Shown here: positions 12,801 to 24,198 of the stretch, piece by piece
Layout: each line of letters begins with the position of its first letter
Position numbering within the stretch: the first letter of the stretch is position 1
Assembly (NCBI GenBank): GCA_010093815.1
Contig: ML996572.1
DNA length: 64,000 bases
Origin: Pseudovirgaria hyperparasitica
Lineage: Eukaryota
Direction: 5' to 3' (one strand)
Program-made: the position numbers and the translations under genes
The notes under the pieces: model-generated
Told to the model about the DNA's origin: nothing
Databases searched by the model: none
The model's input: only the letters and a program-made list of their open reading frames with translations

Positions 12801-13888
12801 GAGTCCGGTCGACGATCCGTCAAAAAGAAGGAGATTCTGTTGGGAACGCTTCCACCGGAATGGTAGGGCCGATGCACCTTTCTGCAGTGCCGCTGCAGCT
12901 AAAGCCAGCCAAACATAGCCCGTCCGCCCGCCCACAATCCACATTCCCGCCTCCCCGGCCCCCGAAATCGATGTACTATTATGTACTCTCTCGTAAATAA
13001 ATAAAAAAACAAAAGAGGAGGGACGCACGAGAGTTTGTGCTGCCTTGCCATTCAAATAGAGTTTGATTGTGGACTGACGGCCTTATCCTTGCCCGTACGA
13101 CTTTTTCTTCTGGAATATGTCTGTACACTGAACATGGATGGCAGATGGGCTCTGGGTTGCATGTATTGCGGTCACATGATCGAGTACAAATAGCAAGCCA
13201 TCAGCAGCCTGACTGGCTGGCTTAATCTTGACTCTTGAGTGGATAGAAGTGGGCGATGTGTCGGTTTCATTAATGAGAACATTGATTATCAGTCTCCACT
13301 GCGAATCTGTGTATACCTTGCTGATTACGTTGGTGTTTCGGTAGCCAGTAGACCTTCAAGTCGCGCATGTTACCGGGACTGATGTGGGTGGTTGAGATGA
13401 TCGATTATGCAGTCTAACAAAACTGCGTGTCCGCAGGTGGACTCTGGACTGCGGATGCGTTCGTGAAGGCCAAATAAAGGTAAGGCTGCATGCCGATGGG
13501 GCGTCAAGGATCTTGACACCTGCACGCTGTAATAGCACCCAAGCTTGAGAATCTCTTTCGACCGTAAAGCCAGAAGAATCGAGCAACTGATGCGTCAAAA
13601 AGAATGAGTAAGCCCTTACGTTCCGTGAAAGCTCGCTCATGAAACCAACACAGGTCTTCCCATCGGAGCTGGTGTCGCGTTTAGCAGTTCGCCACGAGCA
13701 AGTGACGCGTCGGGGGAAAAGAACATCCATGTTTGTTACCACATGACACGAGTGTGTGCAGCATGCAACCCTGGTAGGCTTATTGGTATAATCCGGTGTC
13801 GTGAGACATTTGTATTACTGGAAGTCGTATACCGTAACCTGATACTGCCGAGAAATATTGGCCTGGCTCGCTCAGATAGAGTCTGACA

Positions 13889-13889
<1 letters not shown>

Positions 13890-13927
<38 letters not shown>
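13890..13927. repeat. (CA)n microsatellite
   Basis: About 19 CA units read directly. Confidence 0.95.
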
Positions 13928-13930
<3 letters not shown>

Positions 13931-16900
13931 GATTTTTTGTCTGAGCGGATCAAGCCGCTGAGTATGCCTGCCTCTTCATGTGCTTCCATGATCATAGTGC
14001 TAGCCAGACTATACATGCGCTGGAGAGCAGCACCGCCCTGCCGTAGTTACTGTTGTTTGACTGAAGCTGTGCCTTTGTCCAATCTCTTCCACGTTACAAG
14101 CTGCCTGAACAGGCGTCGCCAGATAAATGGCCCGATCGCAAATTCATGACAGGTGAGATCCCTGGGCCACACAAAAGAATATGCTGCAAGCTTCCAGAAG
14201 AGATAGTCAAGCCAGTAACAAGAGCAGGGGAGGGGTGCAGGTCATGAGTGTAATGAAAGAATTATACGGATGCACGATAGCGCCGAGCGAGACGATCATC
14301 CCCCTTTTTCAGTGGTCGGGGGGAAGGGCAGGGCCGTTTGCGCCTCTTTCCGAGTGCCAGCCACCATCCAGCCAACCAGCCAAGGCAAGAAGTCGAATCT
14401 AAAACCACAGAAGCGGCATACCGTGCGAGATAATAGCTGTGAACACCTTGATACCGTTCTCAGCAAATATAAAATTCCGGCAGGGTATGGTCGATTGATT
14501 ACCATCCCACGTGGGTAGATGCAGAGAGCAGCTCGTCCAATACCATGTGGACCATGTGGGATCAACGGCCAACCGGGTCCACTTTGCGAGATTGTTTGGG
14601 ATTGGGCAATGAAAAAAAGCACAAGAAGAATGTTGTTCTATAACCAGTAACGGCTTCTTTTGTTCTGTGATCCGTTGAGACCCACAACACGCAGCTTGTA
14701 GGCTGGCTGGTGGTGAAGAGAGAGAGAGTGTGTGTGCATTGGGTACCGGCGTATTGGGAAAATGCAGTGAGTGTGAGAAATGAGTGTGGAGCATGGGTGG
14801 AGTCTAGAGCCCGCAACGCTGGGTTAGCAATCGGGGATAACGACCCGCAGCGACGACTAGGAGTTGTAGGAGGATGATGGTCGTGTTCTTTCTTATGATC
14901 CAAACCTTCTAGCTCCCTCCCTGCCCATGAGCAAGATAGCCGTTTATGGGGCCAGATGGAGTGGAAGGAACAGCCACGAAGCTATTCCACAACTTAAATT
15001 CAATCTAGATGACACTCTACCAGGTCCGAGCCAAGGATGTCTACAGGATGAGATTGGATAGCGGCGTACGGGGGCGAGAATGCAAGGTACAACCTGACAG
15101 GAGTGAGAGAAGTGAGAGTTGTCTGGAGGCGAGACGTATGATTTCACAATCCTTTTTCGACCAGCATCGTGGGCTGACAGCGGATGCTTGAAGGACGGCC
15201 GGCAGACAGTGGCAGTAGCAGGAGGGAGGTGTGGAAGAACTGATATCATCAAGGCTTATTTTTGGCTCATGATGCATTCGGCTGGAGTAACGCGACGGAT
15301 GCAAGGTGATCGTGGCCGTGGCCCGCAGCAGCATGGCAGGCTGGTATACATGGAAAAAAGCATCATCGGCATCATGAACAGGCAAACAACGCGCCAGCTT
15401 CGATGCAGGCGCATGGATAGGAAAAAAAGGTAGATGAGGATGCATAAATTATGATGATAATGAGTTTTGTTGGTGGTGGTGGTGGTGGACGAAGTGAATT
15501 GTGGGTGGCCCGTTAGCGGCACTCAGGACAGGGTGAGACGGGTTCTGCAGCAGTTCTGGGGGGTTGCCTCATTTGGGCTCAATTTGGGGGAAGCGGGCCT
15601 ATGTTGGCTACTTTCTTGGACAAACGGGCTGACACGACGACCATCATGACGCCCTGGGCTGTAGGCTGCATAGTAGTAGTAGTAGTAGTCAGGTACCAGT
15701 GGACAGCCAGTACCGGTGTAGTATAGTGAGTATACTACTACTAAACAACAGATATGCTGTGGAACCGGACAGGACAGACACAGGCTGCCGCTGCGGGCTG
15801 CAAGGAGCCGCCAGTCTGTTGCTTCATTGGAAGTTAGAACACCCATTAGCCTGAACTTTGAGCTACTGTACAATCCGACTAAACTCCAACATCAACGCCT
15901 TGAAACATGCCTCCGGTTCCTGGACCCCCCCTGGAATTGTCCGAGAGCAGTCTTGCTCGCACTTTTTGCTAAACTTCCTGAGCAATCAAACTGCTTCTGC
16001 TGCCTGGAGGGCTCATCATCATCATCACCATAATCATCATCGTTTCTGCTTAGTGCCCATGCCGCGGCCGTCCATCGTCGCAGCTTGGATCTTTTGCACA
16101 TCATCACCTATACTGCAAATTGATAGTCCAAACATTCCAAGACACTTACTTGCTTGGACGAAGCACTACAACTGTCTGTCGACTAGTATGCATGCGTCCG
16201 GCTCTCTTGCCGCATCTTCCAATGTTCCAATGCCGGCAAGCTAGATTACTACTACTGTACTACTACTAATACTGCTACGACCATCTCCTGGGATGGCCAA
16301 CGTCAAGCCGGAATTGTTGTTGCCCAACGGCTCACCCTTGAAATGAAAATAAAACAAAAAGGCTGTGGTGGTGATGACGACGACGCCCAAGGTATAATAA
16401 GCTGTACAGTGACAGTCATCGTAAAGCGGGAACAACACGACGAGGCCTTGGGAGTGCTAAAGCGACCAGTGACGGGTGGAATGCGACGTCTCTCAATCTC
16501 ATTTGACTCTCTCTATTATGGGCTTTGTGGTAAGGTGGGAGGGGGGAGGGGGGGGGTTAGACAAAGGATGGTGGTACGCTCGGTGCAGGGCGCGGACTGA
16601 TCGCACAGGCACCGCCGCTTGGGGACACGTCCACGCCCTGACGGGAAATTTTAAAACAAAAAAAAAGCAGAGGCCTTCCAACGGACACAGAGTCAAATGT
16701 CATCTAATCCGGACCATGGGAAAGGGGCCCCTAGGACATATATTCTTTCCGTGCCCACGCCTATCCCATGAACTCTTCTAACTTTTGATATCCTTCCTGT
16801 ACCATCATCTCCTCACCTCGATACCTCCGTCGTGCGCTGGTTTAGCATTTCTTCCTGCCTCGCTTCCATACCTCAAAACCTCGACCTTCAACGTTACCTC

Positions 16901-17306
16901 CACGACAACAATACTGTCGACGCCGCCATCTCCGTCGTCTGTAATATAACAAGATCCAAAAGAGGCACCTTGCACTACCGCGCTCTGCCATAATACGTCG
17001 ATTCTACCTCTCACAAGCAGTTTCGCTTCTGCAACCGCATCCTCAAACGAGCTACCAATCTCACAGCTCACATCCGATTTGGTAATTTCACGCGCTCATC
17101 CGACGACCACCACCACTACTACTACAACAACAACGAAGCTTTGATCCTGTGTCCGCGACGCGCTTGGATTTCGCATTGCACCCAGTGAGTCAATTCTACA
17201 GCTATAATAAGCTGACTGCGCCGATGCGGTTGCTGAGTGGGGTGCGATTACTGACAATCTATAAATCCAGGCTTCCTCCACGCCTCAAACACACTTCATT
17301 CCAACA

Positions 17307-17405
17307 ATGATTGTCAGGGTAGAACTCGCAATGCCAATGGGACGCGGCGCTTACGATACTACGGGCACGCCGAAACCACCTCCGCCTCCTCCGAAAAGGC
17401 GATGA
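17307..17405 (+). CDS. Candidate 32-aa microprotein MIVRVELAMPMGRGAYDTTGTPKPPPPPPKRR (alternative in-frame starts 17331, 17337)
   Basis: First ATG after a canonical intron (17185-17270, GTGAGT..TACTGAC..CAG); good context CAACAATG; no exonic ATG seen from 16771 to 17306; second canonical intron downstream at 17607-17666. Confidence 0.65.
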   Translation: MIVRVELAMPMGRGAYDTTGTPKPPPPPPKRR

Positions 17406-20216
17406 CAAGCTTCAAGCTACCGCACACACCTTTTGAGCTCTCTCACTGGTCGCGCCAAACCTTTTCCTACCCACATCTATTCGTCTCCTTTTCATACCAT
17501 CCTATTCAGCTTGCGACTTTATGGAGAATACTGGGTCCGGCACGACTGCTCTTTCCGCCACATTGAAACGTTCCACACTGACAGCGGGAATGGCTCGTCT
17601 CGCATCGTAAGTCGCTACCCTTGATTCTTACAACGTGGGCAGCCTCGCTAACATTGTCCTTGACAGTCAATCTCCCCGCGTCGCAAATAACCCTGAACCC
17701 TTTCATCCTCCTCGGCACGACTCCCTGACCTGCCTGTCTCATTTGAATCCACACTTGCAACAATTTCCGTCCGCCTCGCCAGTATCGTCCTTTTAATCCC
17801 AGCGTCTTATTTTCCGTTCAGCGATTAATACCCTTGCGAGCGTCCGTTCAGCATCTCATTCGTCCTTTTCGGCTTTTGTATCACTACTAGATCGTCCTCC
17901 CGTCACTTCAACACTGCTGCGACATCTGCTTTTTCAGCACTTGTATATGGGGAAATCTTTCTCTCAAAAAGTTGGTTCTCTTTTGTTTTCGGCGTTTACA
18001 CTATAGACTGGGAAGCTCAAGCTGCAACAATCAAAATCGGGGTCTCTTTTTTCTATATTTTCCTTTCGGCTTACATTTTCCTTTTGCCATTTGTTTTCTG
18101 GATAGACAAACTGGGATCGGCCAGAACATTTCCCCCAGCTCGCGGCTCGCGCTGCATATGAGTCTGTGGAGGGGAGCAACATTTTGTACAATAGCTCTCA
18201 GAGCAAAGAGAAAAGCGCAGAACAGGCTGGCCCCAAATGAAGCTTGCGCTTGGGAGGGAAAAAGAGAAAACTCGCGTACGGCATGTTGTTACGATGTTCA
18301 GTTTTCTTCCTACCACGGTTGGTGGAGCTACTCCTGTCTATCACGGCACCATGAGGATCGCGCTGAACACTACGGGGCTGTTCAGTCCGTGTATCGTTGC
18401 ACACATACACACACAATACACACTTGTACAAATATCACGGTGGCCAGCCACACACACACCAGGGGGAGCAGGAGCAGGAGTATTTTTCACTACGTAACTA
18501 GCTTTCACGAATATAGACTATACCATCAACTTCTTTCCACGCTGTATAATGACTGTCGTCTAGCATAGCTGACAGACGGCAGAGCATAAATTTAATCACG
18601 AGACCAGCAGTGCTCACAACACAGTCAGCCGTCTCACCATGCCGTCGTTGTCGTTGTTGCTGTTGTGTCATCCCACGCAAACCAACTCCCAGGGCTGCAG
18701 CTTAGCTTAGCTAGGTAGAGCTACCTAGCTATGGTCGAATATGGTATCATTATCCCCACGAACTATTACTCCTGCCCCTCACCTCCGCTCCCGGCTCGTG
18801 CCCCAGCTGCGGCCGCGGCCACCGTTCCACCTTATTTCCCCCAAACCTGGTAGACCGATTGACCGACCGACCGACCGGCTGACTGACTGACTGAACAAAC
18901 ACTCTTCCATTAATTAGCTGCAGAACGTGCAGACTGCGCTTCTTTTCATCCTTCTTCAAAGAAGATAAGCTGGGATTACAGTCTGCATGAACTCATCATG
19001 TCTTGGTGCCGCGTGGAGACTGCGTTTGTGCATGCATGTCTTGTTCCTTGTCTTGTTCTATCGTGGTTTTTTTCTCTTACAGACTCTCTACCGTTTTTCT
19101 GGATTAATTATTACTTCTTCGTGCATGGCTAAATTAGTACATGGTACAGCATAGCACGGCACGGCACGTATGGCACAGCATAGTTCTTGTTCACGGGCAA
19201 TTCTATTTTGCATTCTATTTGTATGCAGGCATGCAGCCTTGTCCTGATATAATAGCCTGTTTTTTTGCAAATAGCTTGGTTAGGGAGGGAGGTAGAGGGA
19301 TGGCATGTGTGACGAACTACTCTGTAGTACCGTGTAGGCAGTAGGTAGGTATGTAAATGTCAGCATCCACGTGCCTGGTGCTCGGTGCCCGTCTGGTGCG
19401 GCGTAGCATGGATGGGTGGATGGACGGATGGAATGATGGAGTGATGGAGTGATGGAGTGATGGAGTGACTGAAAGACTGAGTGAGTGCGTGAGTGAGTGC
19501 GCAACGGGCAGATTATATTATCTTATATCATCCACACACACACACACACACAGCATTTCCCAGGTACAGCAAAGCAAGGCAAAGCAAGGTAAGCCAAGCC
19601 AGTCGATAATTATCAGCATTAGCATGCCTGGCACCGCAATCCCATCGTCTCACCTCATTTCCACAACAACAACACACACACCCACTCTCTCTCTCTCTCT
19701 CTCGCGCGCTCTGGCTCTGCCTCCTCCCTTCCGCTCCTGCTCACATCACCTCACTTTTCCTCGACGCTCGTCCGTTCGGTCTTCCGCACGATGCCGCGCG
19801 CGGGCTGGGATGGGGTGTTGTTCTGCGTGTGTTGTGATGGTGGGCGACCCGGTGGTGTGGAGTTGTGGAGGGATGTGGGAGGGTGGGAGATATACAATTC
19901 GATGGATGGTTATACTTGTTTCGTTGCTTGCTTGCCTGCCTTGTGTTGCTGGGCGTGACCATACACTCTACACGCTACATAATTAGTATGTACGCGTGAG
20001 ACGACCATCGCAGCACCAAGACCGCACGCCGCTGGAGAATTCATGAGGGTTTCTCAAGCGTCCAGTGTATTTTAGTGTTCTAAACGTTTAAAACAAAGAC
20101 TTACTGAGTAATCATGTAGTCAATAGTTTAGCCGAAGTAATATCCGCTACCCTTCTATCCGCCTCTTCTTCTTCTCTCTCTCTCTCCCTCTCTCTCCCTC
20201 TCTTCCTCCCTCCCCC

Positions 20217-20421
20217 NNNNNNNNNNNNNNNNNNNNNNNNNNNNNNNNNNNNNNNNNNNNNNNNNNNNNNNNNNNNNNNNNNNNNNNNNNNNNNNNNNNN
20301 NNNNNNNNNNNNNNNNNNNNNNNNNNNNNNNNNNNNNNNNNNNNNNNNNNNNNNNNNNNNNNNNNNNNNNNNNNNNNNNNNNNNNNNNNNNNNNNNNNNN
20401 NNNNNNNNNNNNNNNNNNNNN
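20217..20421. other. Assembly gap (205 N)
   Basis: Run of N. Confidence 1.
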
Positions 20422-20537
20422 AAAACAACACTGATTACACGTGTTTTTTGACTGATTTTGACTGATTTTGACCTCGCAGGCTTCAAAACAACACTGATTA
20501 CACGTGTTTTTGATTGATTTTGACTGATTTTGACCTC
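20422..20537 (+). repeat. Tandem ~63-bp repeat (2 visible copies) inside the transposon
   Basis: AAAACAACACTGATTACACGTGTTTTT..GA(C/T)TGATTTTGACTGATTTTGACCTC starts at 20422 and 20485. Confidence 0.9.
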
Positions 20538-23018
20538 ACGGGTGACGGATATACACGTGCTTTAAGTTTGTTCTATATTACTTAGTAAGACGGCTTCGAT
20601 ATATGGTATAATAGCCGACTCGTATAGTACATATAATACAGCTGGACGCTTGAGAAACCCTCGAATTCATTCATCCGTTCATACCACTAGCACCACCATC
20701 CACCATCCACCACCCTCCTCATCACCACCGTGATTCAGAAACTATAACACATTCCAATCCGCCCTACAAACACCCCGTGCCGCCGCGCACACACATACCC
20801 ACCCTTCCATACACACAACACACCACAGCACAACACACAACACACACGCCACAAAAAGCATACTTCCAGCCGTATTCCAGCACCCTCACACAAGCTCCAT
20901 CCCTGCCTTCGAGCGTGGTGCGCGGCTAGGCTTGCTGCTGCTACTGCTGCTGCTGCTGCTGCGAGGTCCTTACATATCGTAAGACTATTCCGGGGTTTGA
21001 TGGTGCGGGTTGGGACTGGGGGAAGGGAACAGGGGAGGTATTAGGGGCAGGAGAGTAGGGCTGCATATGTGTGTGGTGTGTGGTGTGGTGTGTGGTGTGG
21101 ATGTATGGTGTTGTGTTGGTGTTGGTGTGGGGTGCGGTTGGGTGGGGTGTTCGTGTGAGGTGCCGAAGGAGGGAGGGCATGGATGGATTCATGGATGCTA
21201 GAAAGCTTACACGCATGCATGCATGCATACCTTGGTAGGAACGGGCGCGAACGTGTAACTTGGCCAAGCCGGGATGGATAAGTAAAGAAATATTAAAGAA
21301 AGAAAAAAAGGAGCCTGTCTTGGTAACTACAAAGCCAAAGCGGCATGCGTTCTTCGCACCGATGATTTACGTGTTTCAACACGGCTAGCTGGCTGTACCT
21401 ACCTACCTACCTACCTACCTACAGTCGAGGAACTGATTAATTATATCCCTGGCTCTGGCTCTAGCTCTGGCCCTAGGCAACGCAGTGCCTCACGGCTCAT
21501 ACATGAATACATATCATGCAACCCGTACAGGACTAGAGGTCGGACTATGCTGTGTTCTAAAACGGAATAGAAGATTTACCTTACCTTACCCCGTGATTGT
21601 GATTTTTGGGACATATTGCGTTTTCTTTCGCGCAGTGTGGGTTTCCTTGACTATCTGGGAAACTACTCGCCGACCTAGGTGTCGTGCCTGGCATGCATGC
21701 ATGAGCGAGAACGGTTTCGTGCCGGTCGGTTCCCAGGAGGAGCGGGGAGAGGCGAGGGGGTGGTGTGTGTTTGCGTATGTGTGTGCGTGTGTGTAACACC
21801 GGGAAGGGAAGGGAAGGGAAGGGGGCGCATAGTGCTACTAGGTGGAAAGGACATGTTTACGGATGGATGTAAGGCATATGTATATACCTATATATATATA
21901 CTGTGACGAGTCTGTGTGGATGTGTGTGACTCCCTTCGTGACCTGGTGCAACAAGGAAGGCCGTAGGAGGAAAAAGGAACGGGTGTAGGTGTTTGGGGGA
22001 CTTGGCGACTGTTATACCTTTTGACGAGACTTTTGTCTCACGACGACGCACGAGGACATCAGGAAATTGAAATTAGAAGGAGACACTCGGGAGGCTTTAT
22101 GCTGGGGTCTGGCTTGGTTGAGTGTGTTGCGGCGGTCTGATGCTGCTGCGCAAGTGACATGCCTTGGATGAGAAGGCGACAGGCTATGATGCGAGAAAAA
22201 GCGCTCGTCCATTGGAATTGAGGGATATTACAAGGGGGAAGATGTGTATCTTTTTTTTTCTTTCCTGATCGGATGCGACGTCCGGGAAGTGTTATTGCGC
22301 ACGTGTCGAGGACATGGAGCGTCGCAAAAGGCATTCCAGAACAAAGCGGGACTTACTTTATACTAAAGAATTCTTCTGCGAGTTTAGAGCGGTGGAGCAG
22401 GAATCTGCTTAAATCACTCTACTAATCTCCTTTTGGTTTAACCTGCGAGTGAGGATGTCGTATGAGCCTATCGCATGGTTTCTCGTGCCATTCATGCTAG
22501 ATACCCTTAGTGCCTAGCCTCCCCGCTGGAAAACTACCATGTTTCTTTAAATACACATCCAAACGGCCCGTCACCGTTTCAACTCGACAAACGTCATGCT
22601 ACCCTCGTGTTATTCGAGCGGACATCGTCCGAGCACCACGATGGCACTGCGGGACTGCGACTATAGGAATAGAGCAACTTTCACAGGGCTGGGTCGCGGC
22701 CCCATCGCTGGTGACCTTTCTTATAAAGAGGGATGAAATTCTGTCCAAGACTTGCCACGGATCCTATACGGTCTCTCTTCGTCTGGGCAGTTCACCCTGC
22801 GCTGCACAATAACAGCCTCCTCTACATATCAGCTTCCGATTCGAGTCGACCTCCGATACAAACCGATCTCCGCTTCAGGTTGACCTACAAGCCATATCAA
22901 CCCCTCAATACATATCGACTACCAATACACATCAACCTTCAATACGATTCAACCTCCGATGCAGCTATACCTCCGATAAAATTCAAACGCCATCTGAGCC
23001 CCAAACCTTGTCCTCATT

Positions 23019-23600
23019 ATGCGTCTTTTGAACGTACTTGCTGCTTTGGTGGCCTTCACCAGTAATTTCGTGGCCGTCACCAGTATACGCGTCCCCTTCA
23101 AGACGAGTCCTCACCAAACAAACGCGAAAGTCGCAAGCAAAGTCATTTCAGCTGAAGAATTATCACATTGGCGTGAGGGCCGAGAATTTCATGACGATTT
23201 ACTTGGCGGAATTGTCGTATGCGAACATAGCAATGGCATAGCAGTGCACGAGGAAGATGTTAAGCAAGCCAGAGACGACCTACGTGAGTGGGCCAAAGAC
23301 CCCGAGACCGGAGATCCGTACATCAAGGAATTTGGTAGGAGAACCTCAAAGAAATACAGGATCCCCACTGAGAAGTCTACTTTTGCCTTCGCCTATGCTT
23401 GTGACTATGGCGAGGGGCAAGAGATTAATTATGATTCTCTCGACCTCATAGGGCGGTTGATCATCGAGTTCTGCGGCGTAAACGGCTTAGGCTATATCTC
23501 GATATATAAATGGAAGGCAAGTTACGGTTGGACCATGCAAACCAGAGACGATTATTGCTATCCGGAGAAGGAACACCTGAAACAGCCCGAACCGAAGTGA
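23019..23600 (+). CDS. Small secreted protein, 193 aa, effector-like
   Basis: Signal peptide MRLLNVLAALVAFTSNFVAVTS; 4 Cys; single intact ORF after a C/A-rich 5' leader. Confidence 0.75.
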   Translation: MRLLNVLAALVAFTSNFVAVTSIRVPFKTSPHQTNAKVASKVISAEELSHWREGREFHDDLLGGIVVCEHSNGIAVHEEDVKQARDDLREWAKDPETGDPYIKEFGRRTSKKYRIPTEKSTFAFAYACDYGEGQEINYDSLDLIGRLIIEFCGVNGLGYISIYKWKASYGWTMQTRDDYCYPEKEHLKQPEPK

Positions 23601-24198
23601 TCTAGGTTCTTCAATAAGAAAACGGCGCTAGTAACAAAGTGCCGAGAAATAAGGGCCAAGAGGGTAAAGACTTGTTATATAGCACTAATAGGTTAGCACG
23701 ATTCTATATCATGTAGCACTACACTATGAGAGTTGATATATTTGTCTGCATGTCGATCGAGTGTGACCAGTGTCCCTATGTGTATTGTCAAGTGTAATCA
23801 TGTGAGGTTGCTCCTCTCCAAGTGCTTACGCATGCGACATGTGACTTCGTATCAACGGGTGTAGTGCAGTAGGTATCAAGTATACTAAGTCAATATACAA
23901 GATTACTATAAATCATTACTCATATATCTAAGAACAGAACATTCACTGAATATTAGACCTAACGTTTGAGAGCCTGAGGCCAACAATCCCTCCCCACATT
24001 CCGGGCAGGGCCAAGATCGACCTCAACCCCCACCAACCTGGCACCACACCTTGAACTTTAAAGCTCAGTCGAAACCACGATAACATACAAAACCTACACA
24101 ACATCATCCTCCGCACACGCGCACGCCCTCCCATCTTCCCAACGTCTCCCCATTCGAAGTCTCGCTGAGGACATCCCTCCGCCGCATCCCAACCCAGA

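Larger units (their letters stand above)
20045..20662. mobile_element. Non-autonomous DNA transposon (MITE-like, probably Mutator/MULE class) spanning an assembly gap
   Basis: Perfect 21-bp TIR GAGGGTTTCTCAAGCGTCCAG (20045-20065 / 20642-20662) with degenerate inward extension; 8-bp TSD GAATTCAT at 20037-20044 and 20663-20670. Confidence 0.88.

Noticed and set aside
9956..22812. Dozens of 60-200 aa ORF-track entries in the desert
   Set aside because: Microsatellite-derived low complexity, many with non-ATG starts, no domain motifs or consistent splice structure
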